From: Candidatus Hermodarchaeota archaeon
GTDB lineage: Archaea > Asgardarchaeota > Thorarchaeia > Thorarchaeales > Thorarchaeaceae
Reading direction: 5' to 3'
Assembly (NCBI GenBank): GCA_048885865.1
Contig: JBHLLF010000002.1
Location: 96,001-160,000 of the forward strand
Length of the DNA: 64,000 bases
Under the pieces are notes generated by a model. The model was given only the letters and a program-made list of their open reading frames with translations, had not been told where the DNA came from and ran no database searches. This document shows, one piece after another, positions 19,085 to 30,039 of the stretch (the stretch's first letter is position 1; every line of letters starts with the position of its first letter). Both the position numbers and the translations under genes were made by a program.

Positions 19085-20011
19085 ATGTCTGCAGAATCCT
19101 TCAAGATATCAGATTTATCAAAATTCTATGGTCCAACTCTTGCGTTGGATAAAGTCACTGTTACAGCTCCTAAGAAAGCAGTAGGTTTGCTTGGCCCAAA
19201 CGGCGCTGGGAAGACTACACTTATTCGCATTTTGATGGGAATAATTCGGCACTCTTCGGGCTCAGGAACTGTTTTAGGATATGACTTCTGTGACTCAATC
19301 CAGGATATTAGGGATCACGTTGGATATTCCCCAGAGTTCACGCCAATGATTCCTGATGTAAGTGCTATGAAGTATGTTACCTTCATGGGGAAGCTATCAG
19401 GTCTTGCCTCTGTGGAGGCTGCGCAGCGAGCTCATGATACTTTGCATTATGTTGGCTTAGCTGAAGAGCGCTATCGACCGCTGCGCGAATTTAGCACTGG
19501 CATGATGCAAAAGTGCAAGCTCGCAGCGGCACTGGTTCATGATCCTGATCTGGTCATTCTGGATGAACCAACCGATGGACTTGACCCAACTGGCCGCCAG
19601 AATATGCTAGACCTGATTGAACGCTTGTACAAAGATGAAGGCAAGAGTCTAATCGTTTCATCTCATCTATTGTTTGATGTTGAGAAAGTATGCGACTGGG
19701 TCATGGTTTTGGGAAGAGGTCAGCTGGTGACAAGCGGCGACATGAGTAGCCTACTGGCTGACACCTCTGGGGCATTACGATTGAAGATAACTGGAGATTC
19801 TGAGTCATTCTCACGAAAACTAACCGCCAAGGGGCTAGAGGTTGAGGTGGATGGGCCCTTTATTGATGTGAAAAGGGGAAATGGCACCGAGATGACTATT
19901 CTTGAGGAAGTCAATAGAGACCCAACAGTGAGTCTTCGATATCTAGGGAGTAGAACGCGAACACTTGAAGATGTATTCATCTCGATTGTAGAGGGGAGGG
20001 AGCTCGGATGA
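19085..20011 (+). CDS. ABC transporter ATP-binding protein
   Basis: GPNGAGKT, FSTGM signature, ILDEP, SSH. Confidence 0.95.
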   Translation: MSAESFKISDLSKFYGPTLALDKVTVTAPKKAVGLLGPNGAGKTTLIRILMGIIRHSSGSGTVLGYDFCDSIQDIRDHVGYSPEFTPMIPDVSAMKYVTFMGKLSGLASVEAAQRAHDTLHYVGLAEERYRPLREFSTGMMQKCKLAAALVHDPDLVILDEPTDGLDPTGRQNMLDLIERLYKDEGKSLIVSSHLLFDVEKVCDWVMVLGRGQLVTSGDMSSLLADTSGALRLKITGDSESFSRKLTAKGLEVEVDGPFIDVKRGNGTEMTILEEVNRDPTVSLRYLGSRTRTLEDVFISIVEGRELG

Positions 20012-20985
20012 GTGGAGAAACATCTACCGAAGACACCTATATTCAGAAATTTGGCTTTAGGCGATTCACGGGTGTACGTCAGAATCGTTTGTATCGAATA
20101 ATCTCCGTAGCATGGTTTAATCTCATTGAAGCAATAAGACGCTCAGGATTCACCAAGATGCTTCTTGTATTCATGTTCTTCTCCATCCTGATTCAGGATG
20201 TTCTCATCATTGTCATTTCGTGGTTCCTTCCCTTCATTGGTGATCCGATGACAATCAATGATCTTTTTAGAGATGCATATGCTGACTCGGTTCTTGGCAT
20301 GGTTTCACTTGTCAACCGAATCACTGTTCTCGATTTCGGATTCATGCCATTCAATATATCATCTGTTGGAATCAGCTTCATCTGGCTACTACTTATGGCC
20401 ATTGTTGGAGGGGGTCTAATTGCAGATGATAGACTCCATCAAACAACGGAGGTGTACTTCTCAAGAATATCAAGACTTGAGTATGTAATTGGGAAGCTCA
20501 TGAGTCTAATTCTTTTCTCAACAATTGTGGTCGTGCTTCCTTCCATCATTCAGTACTTCCTCCTCTCCTACGGTCTTGAAACAGACCTTCTCGTCAACAT
20601 TGACTTGATGTTCTGGGGCATCGGGTTTACACTTTTGGCCGCGTTTTTGCTCAGTCTAATAATTCTGGCGATGTCTAGCTTCACAAAACGACGAGCTGTT
20701 GCAACACTCACGTTCTTCATTGCTGCTATTGTTATGTCGAGCTTCTACAGCGCAATTGGTTTCGGTCAAAGCGAATCTATGATTCTGCTGCTAGACTTTG
20801 TTGGCGCTATTGCGCTTCTAGGTGCCATGGCACTAGGATACGATTCGCTCGATATTAATGGCCGGGATATTTTCTTTAGCAATGGAATAGGAATAGAAGG
20901 GCCAATGGTTCTTGCTGTGGTTCTGCTGGTTCTTGTGCTTGGCATTATATCTCTAATGCTCACTTTGTTTCGGAGGGATAGCTAA
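20008..20985 (+). CDS. ABC-2 type permease
   Basis: Multi-TM; GGGLIADDR..YFSRISR.EYVIGK motif. Confidence 0.85.
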   Translation: MSGETSTEDTYIQKFGFRRFTGVRQNRLYRIISVAWFNLIEAIRRSGFTKMLLVFMFFSILIQDVLIIVISWFLPFIGDPMTINDLFRDAYADSVLGMVSLVNRITVLDFGFMPFNISSVGISFIWLLLMAIVGGGLIADDRLHQTTEVYFSRISRLEYVIGKLMSLILFSTIVVVLPSIIQYFLLSYGLETDLLVNIDLMFWGIGFTLLAAFLLSLIILAMSSFTKRRAVATLTFFIAAIVMSSFYSAIGFGQSESMILLLDFVGAIALLGAMALGYDSLDINGRDIFFSNGIGIEGPMVLAVVLLVLVLGIISLMLTLFRRDS

Positions 20986-21929
20986 TGTTCATCATAGATA
21001 TCGATGAAGCGTCCAAGCAATATGGCGAGGTCGTGGCTATCAGTCGATTCAACATGTCGGTCAAAGGTGGTTCAATCACAGGATTCGTTGGACCCAATGG
21101 TGCAGGAAAAACGACGACAATTCGCGTTATCACTGGACTGACAAAGCCGGACAGTGGTACAGTTAGTGTATATGGCGAGGATCCCTTCGACAATGTTGGC
21201 ATTAAGGAACGGATAGGGTACGTTTCTGAATATGATGATCTATATTCGTGGGCTACTGTACGAGATTCAGTCAAGATGCTAGCAAATATCAGCACACCAC
21301 GCAAAGCCGGCATCAATGAAGCTGTTGACAAGGCTATTTCGGATGTTGGGATGGCGAAGTTTGCAGATAGGAAGGTTTCGGCTCTCTCCAAGGGAATGAA
21401 GCAGAGAACCAAGATTGCAGCTGCACTGACTCACAAACCTTCTCTGCTAGTATTGGATGAACCTCTTAGTGGACTTGATCCACTGGGTCGTAGGAGAATC
21501 ATGAATCTCCTCAGACGACTCAATAGTGAGGAAGATGTCACGATTCTTATTTCGAGTCATGTTCTTGAAGAGCTCGAGCACCTAGCAAACAGGATTACTC
21601 TCATCCACAGAGGTCAGACAGTTGCAGAAGGAGACCCTGATCGAATCAGGAAGCTCCTGTACCAATACCCGCACGAGATTCAGTTCAAGTCGCTGACAGA
21701 AGATATGAAAAGAATTGCCAGTGGGCTTGTGAAGATTGAGGGGTTGGTTAAGTCGCTTACATTCATCGAGCAGACTACAGATCTGCTTGAATGTCGAGTA
21801 GTAACACCTCAGCCTGAGCAGTTCTATGATGAGCTCATTCGATTGGCTGTCGAGCAAAAGGCACCCATTATCCAATTGGACAGTCTATCTGAGAGTGTGG
21901 AAAGCCTGTTTGAATTCCTAGTATCATGA
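20985..21929 (+). CDS. ABC transporter ATP-binding protein
   Basis: GPNGAGKT, LSKGM, VLDEP, SSH. Confidence 0.95.
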   Translation: MFIIDIDEASKQYGEVVAISRFNMSVKGGSITGFVGPNGAGKTTTIRVITGLTKPDSGTVSVYGEDPFDNVGIKERIGYVSEYDDLYSWATVRDSVKMLANISTPRKAGINEAVDKAISDVGMAKFADRKVSALSKGMKQRTKIAAALTHKPSLLVLDEPLSGLDPLGRRRIMNLLRRLNSEEDVTILISSHVLEELEHLANRITLIHRGQTVAEGDPDRIRKLLYQYPHEIQFKSLTEDMKRIASGLVKIEGLVKSLTFIEQTTDLLECRVVTPQPEQFYDELIRLAVEQKAPIIQLDSLSESVESLFEFLVS

Positions 21930-21930
21930 G

Positions 21931-22728
21931 GTGATAGAGATGTCAACAGAAGCAACACAAACTATGGCTCAGGAAAATAATGAACTCTCTGCACCTCTGA
22001 AGACGATAATCCGAGGCGTTTACCTTGTGAAACTGTTCCTGACTTCTTTCGTAAAGAGCAGAAAGAGTCAGGTCTTGATAATTCTGGGTTTATTACCAGT
22101 TCTGGTAATGATTGCATGGGATGTACCATCCCCTGCTCGATTCTTCTTCCGTGACTTTGTGCAGACCCTGTATATCTCTTTGCTCATTCCATTATCAGGA
22201 CTGCTTCTTGGAACTGCAGCATTGTCTGATGAGATTGAGTCTCATACAATCGTACAGCTTGTAACTAGGCCCATTAGAAGGATTGAGATACTCATTTGGC
22301 GATACATTGCAACAGTCATAGCAGGTATAATAATCTCCATTATAGTCACCTCTGGATTCTATCTGTCGGTAGTAGTTTCAGAAGAGATTCCACTGGAGAT
22401 GTTGACAGGTTTCTGGTTTGTATGCGCCGTCTGCAATGCTGTCTATTGTGCAATATTCATGCTATTAGGCATAGCTCTAAAGAGGCCTCTTGTCTGGGGA
22501 GTAGTAATTACACTCTACGAGCAACTTCTCGGTGTGGTGGCAATTTTCTTTGAGGGCGCGGTGTTCTCTCTTTCGGGACACATACTGAACTATGGTCAGC
22601 TCTTCGTGGACTATAGCTACAGCATCCCAAATTGGCCGCCACTTAATTCTGGCTCGATTCTTCTCGTGATAGTGCTCGTTTGCATTGCGCTATCTGCAAT
22701 TCTATTCAGGCGAAAAGACCTCGCATAA
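21931..22728 (+). CDS. ABC-2 type permease
   Basis: 6 TM; EIESHTIVQLVTRPIRR motif. Confidence 0.87.
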   Translation: MIEMSTEATQTMAQENNELSAPLKTIIRGVYLVKLFLTSFVKSRKSQVLIILGLLPVLVMIAWDVPSPARFFFRDFVQTLYISLLIPLSGLLLGTAALSDEIESHTIVQLVTRPIRRIEILIWRYIATVIAGIIISIIVTSGFYLSVVVSEEIPLEMLTGFWFVCAVCNAVYCAIFMLLGIALKRPLVWGVVITLYEQLLGVVAIFFEGAVFSLSGHILNYGQLFVDYSYSIPNWPPLNSGSILLVIVLVCIALSAILFRRKDLA

Positions 22729-22866
22729 TCTCGCTAATGCTTAATATTCGGTCACTCGGCAGTCCAACTAGTGCCATTTTTATATCTAGCAATGCGACAA
22801 GAGGATGACCATGTGCTTGGCATTATATGCGCGGATGGACGCCAGGCATAGAGGGAGGTCCTCAGG

Positions 22867-23910
22867 ATGTCACCAAGAAAGAAGGCAGATGAAGAAGAAA
22901 CCGTAGATTATGAGGATTTCGAGGAAGACGAAATCGATGATGAATTTGTCGAGCTTGGCACCGAAGGAGAGTCAGGATTAGATGTCACTGATCTCCCGGG
23001 CGTAGGGCCAGCAATCGCAAAGCGCTTGTCCGAGGCTGGTTATAGGAGCGTTGAGGCAATTGCCGTAGCATCTCCATCTGAGCTTGCTGCAGCAGGGTCA
23101 ATTGGCGAAACAACATCTACAAAGATCATAAAGGCAGCACGCGAAATGCTCGATATTGGCTTTGAAACAGCAGACCTTCTTCTTGAAAGGCGAAGGACAG
23201 CGGGACGAATAAGCACCGGCTCTGCTGCACTTGACGAACTCTTCGGGGGAGGACTTGAAACCCAAAGCATTACAGAGATGTACGGTTCATTCAGATCTGG
23301 GAAGACACAAATGGCACATCAGCTGTGTGTCATGGTTCAAAGGCCCCAAAGCGATGGCGGATTGGATGCCACAGCCATTTATGTCGATACAGAGGGCACC
23401 TTCAGACCTGAGCGTCTTGTAGACATGGCTGAAGCTTATAGCATGGATAAGAAGAAGGTCCTGAAGAATGTTGTTTGGGCTCGCGCCTACAACTCTGACC
23501 ATCAAATCCTTCTATGCGACCAAGCAATGGAGATGGCACCCGAGAAGAATGCCCGGCTCCTGGTTGTTGACTCTGTTACAAGCCATTTCAGGGCCGAGTA
23601 CACAGGAAGAGGAACACTTGCCGCCAGACAGCAGAAGCTGAACAAGCATTTGCATCATCTCCAACGAGGTGCTGAGATTAACAACATGGCTGTCTATATC
23701 ACGAATCAAGTAATGGCACGACCAGATGCTTTCTTCGGAGACCCTACTGCTCCAGTTGGGGGTCATGTGCTTGCGCATGTTCCCCAGACGCGGTGTTATC
23801 TGCGAAAGTCAAAGGGAGAGAGGAGAATCTGCAGACTTGTAGACTCACCCAATCTTCCAGAGGGTGAAGCGGTCTTCACTGTCACAAAGGACGGAATACG
23901 CGACGTCTAA
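22867..23910 (+). CDS. radA: DNA repair and recombination protein RadA
   Basis: HhH N-domain, GFETA polymerisation motif, GSFRSGKTQ Walker [20 protein letters not shown]; upstream TTTTTATAT and GGAGG. Confidence 0.97.
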   Translation: MSPRKKADEEETVDYEDFEEDEIDDEFVELGTEGESGLDVTDLPGVGPAIAKRLSEAGYRSVEAIAVASPSELAAAGSIGETTSTKIIKAAREMLDIGFETADLLLERRRTAGRISTGSAALDELFGGGLETQSITEMYGSFRSGKTQMAHQLCVMVQRPQSDGGLDATAIYVDTEGTFRPERLVDMAEAYSMDKKKVLKNVVWARAYNSDHQILLCDQAMEMAPEKNARLLVVDSVTSHFRAEYTGRGTLAARQQKLNKHLHHLQRGAEINNMAVYITNQVMARPDAFFGDPTAPVGGHVLAHVPQTRCYLRKSKGERRICRLVDSPNLPEGEAVFTVTKDGIRDV

Positions 23911-23949
23911 TTATCCTGCTTGGAGTTCCAGTTGAGGTGGAAACCCACC

Positions 23950-25296
23950 TCATCCGAACTCAGCGGACTCGATAATCTCTAAGACTGAATCATTCCAACT
24001 CTCAAGTCCTGAGGGGCTAGAAGGATAGGTGTCGTAGACCTTTGATATCTTCTTCATGAGGCCAGCTGCTTTTTGGAGGTCTTTGAGAAGACTAATCCTG
24101 CTTATGCCTCTTCCAAATCTACGAATCTTGTCTATGATTCCAAGTGAGATGCCATCTCCTCGGTTTGCAGCCATAAGATCTCCGGCCTCAAGGATTCTCT
24201 TCTGGAACCCGAAATCCATGTCTTCATCAGAAACCGACTGCAGTAGCCGACGAAAGATTTCCAGCGAGGCCAGCCTTTTGCCAAAATCGGTCAGGTATCT
24301 CATGTTGTAATGCCAGAGTCCCCATGCACTGAGGTCTTTCCTAGCTATTGCCCTCTTTGCCACTTCCCCTACTATTATGCCAGCGCGCATTCCTGCTCCA
24401 ATCCCTCCCCCATGTATGGGGTTGACCTGGGCTGCGGCATCACCGACAAACGCAATTCCATTCGCAACTAAACTCTTCAGTGGTCTTCTGACAGGCACTG
24501 CTCCTCCTGCAGATTCAATGACTTGACTCCCTATCAATAAAGGGTATTTCTTCTTAAAATTCAGGAAATGAGCTTTCGGTGAGCCTCGACCTGAGCCTCC
24601 CGTAATCCCTGTCCCCGCATTGACCTCCTGCGGCCCCTTCGGGAAGATCCACGCATAGCCTCCTGGGGCCACCTTCCCTCCCAACAGTACACGAGCAACC
24701 TCTGGTTCCGCAAGGGGCATCTTGAGCTTCAGTATTTCTCTGTAGCAGAGTGCAACATCTTCCTTAGCAATTGTCTTCTCTACAAGCGGGTGGTCAATTT
24801 TATTCCGAATAGCTCCAGCGAAACCACTCGCATCAATTACAAGCTTAGCATTGACCTGCTTCTCCTCACCCTCGCTCTTATACTCCACGCCAGTTACGGC
24901 ATCTTTGACAACTATCGGTCCGCCAACACGAGTTTCAGGCCGAAAAGATACGCCTGCATCAATGGCTTCACGCAGAAGCCGCTGGCCAAAATTCAGTCTG
25001 TTAACAGTCCACCCATCAAACTCAGTCCAGCCTCTGACCTTGAGTTCATTATTCATGCTTGGCGGATATACATCTGCTCCCGAAATGGAGCTTGAAATCT
25101 CATCATCACTGGGAAACTCAATTCCTGTGTCCTCGAAATGCGATTTACTAATCTCATCGCCACAGACCTTCTGACCCACCTCTGAATGTGCCTTCTTATC
25201 TAGGAGAAGTGTCTTCAGTCCCATTTCTGCGCATCTTCTCGCGGCAACACATCCTGCTGAACCAGCACCAACTACAACAACATCGGGTCTTCTCAA
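23950..25296 (-). CDS. Geranylgeranyl reductase family (digeranylgeranylglycerophospholipid reductase-like)
   Basis: GAGSAG FAD motif, KVCGD, PGGYAWIFPKG, VGDAA..VNPIHGGGI. Confidence 0.9.
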   Translation of the reverse strand: MRRPDVVVVGAGSAGCVAARRCAEMGLKTLLLDKKAHSEVGQKVCGDEISKSHFEDTGIEFPSDDEISSSISGADVYPPSMNNELKVRGWTEFDGWTVNRLNFGQRLLREAIDAGVSFRPETRVGGPIVVKDAVTGVEYKSEGEEKQVNAKLVIDASGFAGAIRNKIDHPLVEKTIAKEDVALCYREILKLKMPLAEPEVARVLLGGKVAPGGYAWIFPKGPQEVNAGTGITGGSGRGSPKAHFLNFKKKYPLLIGSQVIESAGGAVPVRRPLKSLVANGIAFVGDAAAQVNPIHGGGIGAGMRAGIIVGEVAKRAIARKDLSAWGLWHYNMRYLTDFGKRLASLEIFRRLLQSVSDEDMDFGFQKRILEAGDLMAANRGDGISLGIIDKIRRFGRGISRISLLKDLQKAAGLMKKISKVYDTYPSSPSGLESWNDSVLEIIESAEFG

Positions 25297-25355
25297 CGTC
25301 TTTCGAAATTTGAGAACCGCATTTGAATATAAAGACGCCGTCGTTTTGGGAGCGG

Positions 25356-25892
25356 TTAGAGATGCTTGAACTCGATTATCACAATGGATACTATCACAAT
25401 GCCCACAATTAGAACAAGCAAAGGCGGCATCCAGTTGATGAACTCAATGAAGTAGCCTATGAGAACAGGTAAGGTCAATGGACTCTGAGCGAGGATTGCG
25501 AGGACAAAGAGTAGTCCTGATGCAGCAAAGATAGGATAGAAGACCGGACCGCCGCTGATAACAAGTAGAAGCGTGATAACTCCCAATCTGCTCTTCACTG
25601 GGTCCAGTAGAGGCAGTGGAATTGTTTCGTCATCATCAAACAGGAAATAGTAGCTGATGAGTAATGTCGGCATCTTGATTCTAATGAGCTCCAAAACCTG
25701 TATTCCAAGTTGCACCGACAATAGGAAGGTCGTATGGATCACCATGTATCCTAGCACAAGTGCTGTGAGTAGCGGCAACTCGATGGCAAGAATCTGATAG
25801 CTTTCCACCAATCCAACAAAGACTAGGAAATTAATGACGAGCAGAATTATATGACCGATAGCACCTGTCAAAACCTTTCTGCTTGTCACCAT
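25356..25892 (-). CDS. Membrane protein of unknown function
   Basis: 178 aa, 4-5 hydrophobic helices. Confidence 0.75.
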   Translation of the reverse strand: MVTSRKVLTGAIGHIILLVINFLVFVGLVESYQILAIELPLLTALVLGYMVIHTTFLLSVQLGIQVLELIRIKMPTLLISYYFLFDDDETIPLPLLDPVKSRLGVITLLLVISGGPVFYPIFAASGLLFVLAILAQSPLTLPVLIGYFIEFINWMPPLLVLIVGIVIVSIVIIEFKHL

Positions 25893-25917
25893 TCCTGCTC
25901 AGTCCAAGTGAATCGAA

Positions 25918-26508
25918 CTAGACTCCCAGTTTAAATGGTTTGCTTGGTCCATCGGATGCCATGGGTCCCAGTTGGCGTTGCTTTTCGATGGCACGTGTGA
26001 CAAGCTCAGTGAACAGCTCATTGATATTCTCACCAGTCTTGGCACTGGTTTCATAGTGTAGAACATCAAGCCATTGCTGAATCATCTGGCCCGCAGCTGG
26101 AGGTACTAGCCTATCCTGTCTGTCAATCTTGTTGGCTACTACAGAAACAACCGCATTGGGACAGACCGTTATGAACTTGGTGAACCACTCACCTACATCA
26201 AGGAATGTCTGCGGCCTCGTGACATCATACACAATTATTGCCATGGTTGCACCAGCCATATACCTGCGTCTGAGTTCGTTGTATGTTGGCTGGCCTGCAA
26301 GATCCCACAGGACCACTCTGGCAGTGACTCTGTTGCCGTCTGGCATCGTCACTTCCACCGTCTTGAGGGCAAAAGTAGTGCCAATGGTAGCGATATATCT
26401 CTCACTGAAGGAGCCCTCGGTGTACTGTTTGATGCAGGAGGTCTTTCCAACCGCACCGTCGCCAAGAGCAACTAGCTTAAACATGTGAGAGATTTGCTCG
26501 GTGGACAC
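25918..26508 (-). CDS. Rab-like small GTPase
   Basis: G1 GDGAVGKT, G2 YIATIG, G3 WDLAGQ, G4 NKID, G5 ETSAK; no C-terminal Cys. Confidence 0.93.
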   Translation of the reverse strand: MSTEQISHMFKLVALGDGAVGKTSCIKQYTEGSFSERYIATIGTTFALKTVEVTMPDGNRVTARVVLWDLAGQPTYNELRRRYMAGATMAIIVYDVTRPQTFLDVGEWFTKFITVCPNAVVSVVANKIDRQDRLVPPAAGQMIQQWLDVLHYETSAKTGENINELFTELVTRAIEKQRQLGPMASDGPSKPFKLGV

Positions 26509-26685
26509 GGTTCTTACGTCCTGAAATACACTACCCAGTCAATCTGACTCGGAATGGTATTTAATAGTTCTCGGAATGTCCTCGTAGTATCAAGGCTATC
26601 CATTGAGGAGAGATAAACATCCGACAAACCCTTTTCTAGAGCCCAAACATGTAGCAACCAACAACACAAGCAGGGAGTATGCAAA

Positions 26686-27402
26686 ATGGCTGAGCAGTTC
26701 CTAAGTCGCCTCCAAGATATTGAGAAGGCCATTGCGGGCCTAGATGACACTTTGAAGCGTATGGTGACAATTCTAGCGAATATGGATGAGATTCGTTCTG
26801 ATATCAGACTTACCAAAGACGAACTCCTAGACGCTATCAAAGCAATGCCTGCTCCAAGTTCAGACTCTGGAGGCAACTTGGATCACGTTGCTGATCTTGT
26901 CAAAGGTCAATTTGACCAGATTGCTACATTCATCGGGGAAGCGGTTGAAGCCATGAAAGATGATATAGTAGATGCAATGAAGCGGATCCAGGCAGCTGCA
27001 CCACCCGCTGTTGTCACTGCACCAGCACCAGCTCCAACTGCTGTTCCCGCTCCAGCTGCACCAGCACCAGCTCCTGAACCTGAGATTGTCGTAACTCAAC
27101 CTACACCAGCGCCAGTTACCGTGACAGTTCCAGCTGATAAAGCCATGATGATAGCTGATGAGCTAGACAACATCGTCGCAAGTCTGAAGATGGGCTGTAA
27201 AGCAGGGGATGTTCTTGACCAGATGGACGACTCAAAAGCTAATATTCTGAAATTTGTTGAGAGCGATCCGGTCATGATAAAGATCGATCAGTGGAAGGGA
27301 ATAGTGGGAGCATATCCTAAGAGGAAGGAGCTGCAGGCACGAGATATCCTCAAGATTAAGAAGGGGATACGAGCAGAAATTCCCAAATATCGCCCCGCAT
27401 AA
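26686..27402 (+). CDS. Coiled-coil protein with Pro/Ala linker and small helical C-terminal domain
   Basis: N-terminal heptad pattern; APAPAP linker; GGGAG upstream of ATG. Confidence 0.75.
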   Translation: MAEQFLSRLQDIEKAIAGLDDTLKRMVTILANMDEIRSDIRLTKDELLDAIKAMPAPSSDSGGNLDHVADLVKGQFDQIATFIGEAVEAMKDDIVDAMKRIQAAAPPAVVTAPAPAPTAVPAPAAPAPAPEPEIVVTQPTPAPVTVTVPADKAMMIADELDNIVASLKMGCKAGDVLDQMDDSKANILKFVESDPVMIKIDQWKGIVGAYPKRKELQARDILKIKKGIRAEIPKYRPA

Positions 27403-27458
27403 GAAGAATCAGAAATCTTGGAACCAGTCCAAGTCTGAGTGTTATTTTGAACTATGAG

Positions 27459-27629
27459 CTATTCCTTTAGGAACCTCTTGATAATTCCCTCTACAAGTTT
27501 CAAATGTTCATCATCCAGAATCGATATCTTTGAGCGTATCCAGTCTATTCGTAATTTCTTATCAACTAGAACCTGTCTACCCTTGTGCGCTACAGCTTTT
27601 CCAGAGGGTCTAGGTGATGTTTTGACCAT
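27459..27629 (-). CDS. Small basic hypothetical protein
   Basis: MVKTSPRP...LKLVEGIIKRFLKE; fills the gap between neighbours; ORF extends to 27668. Confidence 0.45.
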   Translation of the reverse strand: MVKTSPRPSGKAVAHKGRQVLVDKKLRIDWIRSKISILDDEHLKLVEGIIKRFLKE

Positions 27630-27743
27630 AAAGGTTGCTATGACTATTCGAAAATAAGTAAATTCCACATGGATAAGTGACAGACCACTTTGCTAAAGAG
27701 GGTTAAAAGCTAGGATAATCTTGTCCAATTCTAGTTTGAAAAC

Positions 27744-29669
27744 ATGGAGAGCTTGCTTGGTTTGGTTGATATTCAACTTATACTAGTTGACGCCAAGGGA
27801 AACCAGAAACTTAGCCGAGTTAATAGTGAGCATGTTAGCCTTTCTTGGCGAAACATACAAGAAATTGATCTATCTCCACTCGCAGGGAATAATGACCTCA
27901 AAGAAATTCATCTTGGAGAGAATCACATAGGTACAATTGACCTATCTCCTCTATCAGATTGTCCAAACCTGCGAGTTCTTGACCTATTTGGAAACAAGCT
28001 ACAAGCTATAGATCTTAGTTCGCTTGCTTCATGTAGGAGCCTTGAGATTCTAAGACTCAGTTGGAACCAATTGAGCCGAATAGACTTGATGCAGATCAAA
28101 TCGTGCAGGAGTCTTCAAGTTCTAGACCTTTACAATAACAAAATCAAGAGTGTTGATCTATCTCCTCTTAGCTCACTCAATAATCTTAGAGAACTCCGCC
28201 TGAATGAAAACCAACTTCGCAATATTGACTTGGGACCTATACGAGTCCTCGAGTCTCTGGAAGAATTGGATTTGAGTTGGAACCAGATACGGGAACTCGA
28301 TACTTCTCCGCTGAAGCACTGTTTAAATCTGCGAACGTTAGATCTGCAGGGAAATCGGCTCGCTGGCATCGACCTTGGTCCATTGGGATTCTGTCAGAAG
28401 CTCGAAAGACTTCGCCTCTACCGAAATCTAATCAGAGGAATTGACTTGCGCCCCCTCTCTCATTGTATCAGTCTTTCAGAACTGCATTTAAGCTGGAATC
28501 AACTTGAGGCCATCGATTTGACCCCCATTGGAGCGTGTAGGAATCTGGAAGAGCTGCATTTGGACGAGAATCATCTGTCAGAAATAGATCTTGAACCTCT
28601 GGTCACATGTCACAGCTTGCAGGCTCTCCATCTGAATGGAAATCGGTTGGAACACGTGGACCTCACCTCCCTTTCTTCAGGTACCTGTCTACGAGAAATC
28701 GGCCTGAGTCATAATGCATTGCAGAAAATAGACCTCTCACCTCTCAGCTCATGCACTACAATTGAGAAGCTCGGTCTCAATAACAATCGACTCGAGAGCA
28801 TTGATCTCAAATCACTTGGAGGTCGAAGTGCTCACGGGAAAATTGACCTATACAATAATGACTTGAAGACAATTGACCTGAGTCCTTTGCTTTCGCTTGA
28901 TTATTGGACTGATGTCAACCTTGACTTGCCAGTCACAGTCACGGTGGATCCAATATTCTCTGGAGAGGATCTCAATCTCAAGCTCTCGCCTGACAGAGAT
29001 TGGAATATTCAGTGGCATGACTACCAATCGAAAATTGAGGTGGAAGGATGGGATTCGCTAAAAGCGACAGTGATTGAATATCTTGGGAGACTGGAAGGTC
29101 GCCACAAATTAGCAGGTCAGAGGAGCTTTTTGGAGGCTCTGGGCATTCCTGAGTTCAATGGTTTCGATGGCGACTTGATTCCTATCATTGAGTCTATAGA
29201 TGATATTGAGGGTTTCAGCCAACTCATTGACAATTTATACCGGATCATGGTTGAACGCCTGCGCGATCAAGTTGCATCCAAGGGAAACACCGTTCTGCTT
29301 GACGTCGAAAGGATGCGCAAAGGGATGGCAGCTGTATTAATCACTGACATTGCCAAGCGTCGCAGAGAGGAGATTCTTGAAACAGCGGTGCAAATCTCGG
29401 ATGGAATGGTGGACCTAGAGCCCCTTCTCCTCACTGCATATGGCTTTGCGATATTGACGAAATTGAAGATGCCCCTTGAAATCTCCACATGGGATTTGGA
29501 GAAGGTTCAGAAGGAATTGAGCTATATCGACCTTTCCTTCAAGACAGCGAGAGAGAAAGTGAGCGACTATCCAGTCACCACTTCTGAGGTTATGAGGCAT
29601 TATCTAAAACGAGTTTATGCCGAATCGCTGAAGCAAACACCACGAAGAGCTAAAGGGGTTTCGGAGTAA
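27744..29669 (+). CDS. Leucine-rich repeat protein
   Basis: About 16 tandem 22-aa repeats IDLSPLxxCxxLxxLxLxxNxLxx, followed by a helical C-terminal domain. Confidence 0.93.
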   Translation: MESLLGLVDIQLILVDAKGNQKLSRVNSEHVSLSWRNIQEIDLSPLAGNNDLKEIHLGENHIGTIDLSPLSDCPNLRVLDLFGNKLQAIDLSSLASCRSLEILRLSWNQLSRIDLMQIKSCRSLQVLDLYNNKIKSVDLSPLSSLNNLRELRLNENQLRNIDLGPIRVLESLEELDLSWNQIRELDTSPLKHCLNLRTLDLQGNRLAGIDLGPLGFCQKLERLRLYRNLIRGIDLRPLSHCISLSELHLSWNQLEAIDLTPIGACRNLEELHLDENHLSEIDLEPLVTCHSLQALHLNGNRLEHVDLTSLSSGTCLREIGLSHNALQKIDLSPLSSCTTIEKLGLNNNRLESIDLKSLGGRSAHGKIDLYNNDLKTIDLSPLLSLDYWTDVNLDLPVTVTVDPIFSGEDLNLKLSPDRDWNIQWHDYQSKIEVEGWDSLKATVIEYLGRLEGRHKLAGQRSFLEALGIPEFNGFDGDLIPIIESIDDIEGFSQLIDNLYRIMVERLRDQVASKGNTVLLDVERMRKGMAAVLITDIAKRRREEILETAVQISDGMVDLEPLLLTAYGFAILTKLKMPLEISTWDLEKVQKELSYIDLSFKTAREKVSDYPVTTSEVMRHYLKRVYAESLKQTPRRAKGVSE

Positions 29670-29680
29670 ACTGCATGGCA

Positions 29681-29941
29681 TTACCATCGTTTTCTTGTTC
29701 TGCTTCTTCGTGTTCGAGTCCATGCCTTTTTCATATGATGCGCCCGGTGTCGCGCCTGAGATGAAAACACTTGCAGGTTATTTGAGCGGTTATCCCCTCT
29801 AATCTTGTTCTTATGATGAATTACTTCATTCGAACGAAGTCGTCGGCCCAACTTCTTCTCAGCAACCCACCTGTGTACTAGCCTACCAGAATCCTTGAAA
29901 CGGAGATACCCATTGCTATCTTTGTATGTCTTTCTGCCCAT
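29681..29941 (-). CDS. Small HNH endonuclease
   Basis: VHRWVAEKKLGR...VIHHKNKIRGDNRSNNL, HNH_3-like; Arg-rich tail. Confidence 0.85.
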   Translation of the reverse strand: MGRKTYKDSNGYLRFKDSGRLVHRWVAEKKLGRRLRSNEVIHHKNKIRGDNRSNNLQVFSSQARHRAHHMKKAWTRTRRSRTRKRW

Positions 29942-30039
29942 GTGATAGGATTATCAACATACCTAATAGTTATTGTCAATCTGAGAACAGGTGGAGAGGG
30001 CAGTCAAAATGCTTTAGTAGAGTTGTGTCAAAAAGCAAT

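Noticed and set aside
27830-28900. DNA tandem repeat or array
   Set aside because: The 66-nt periodicity is simply the LRR coding repeat with degenerate codons.
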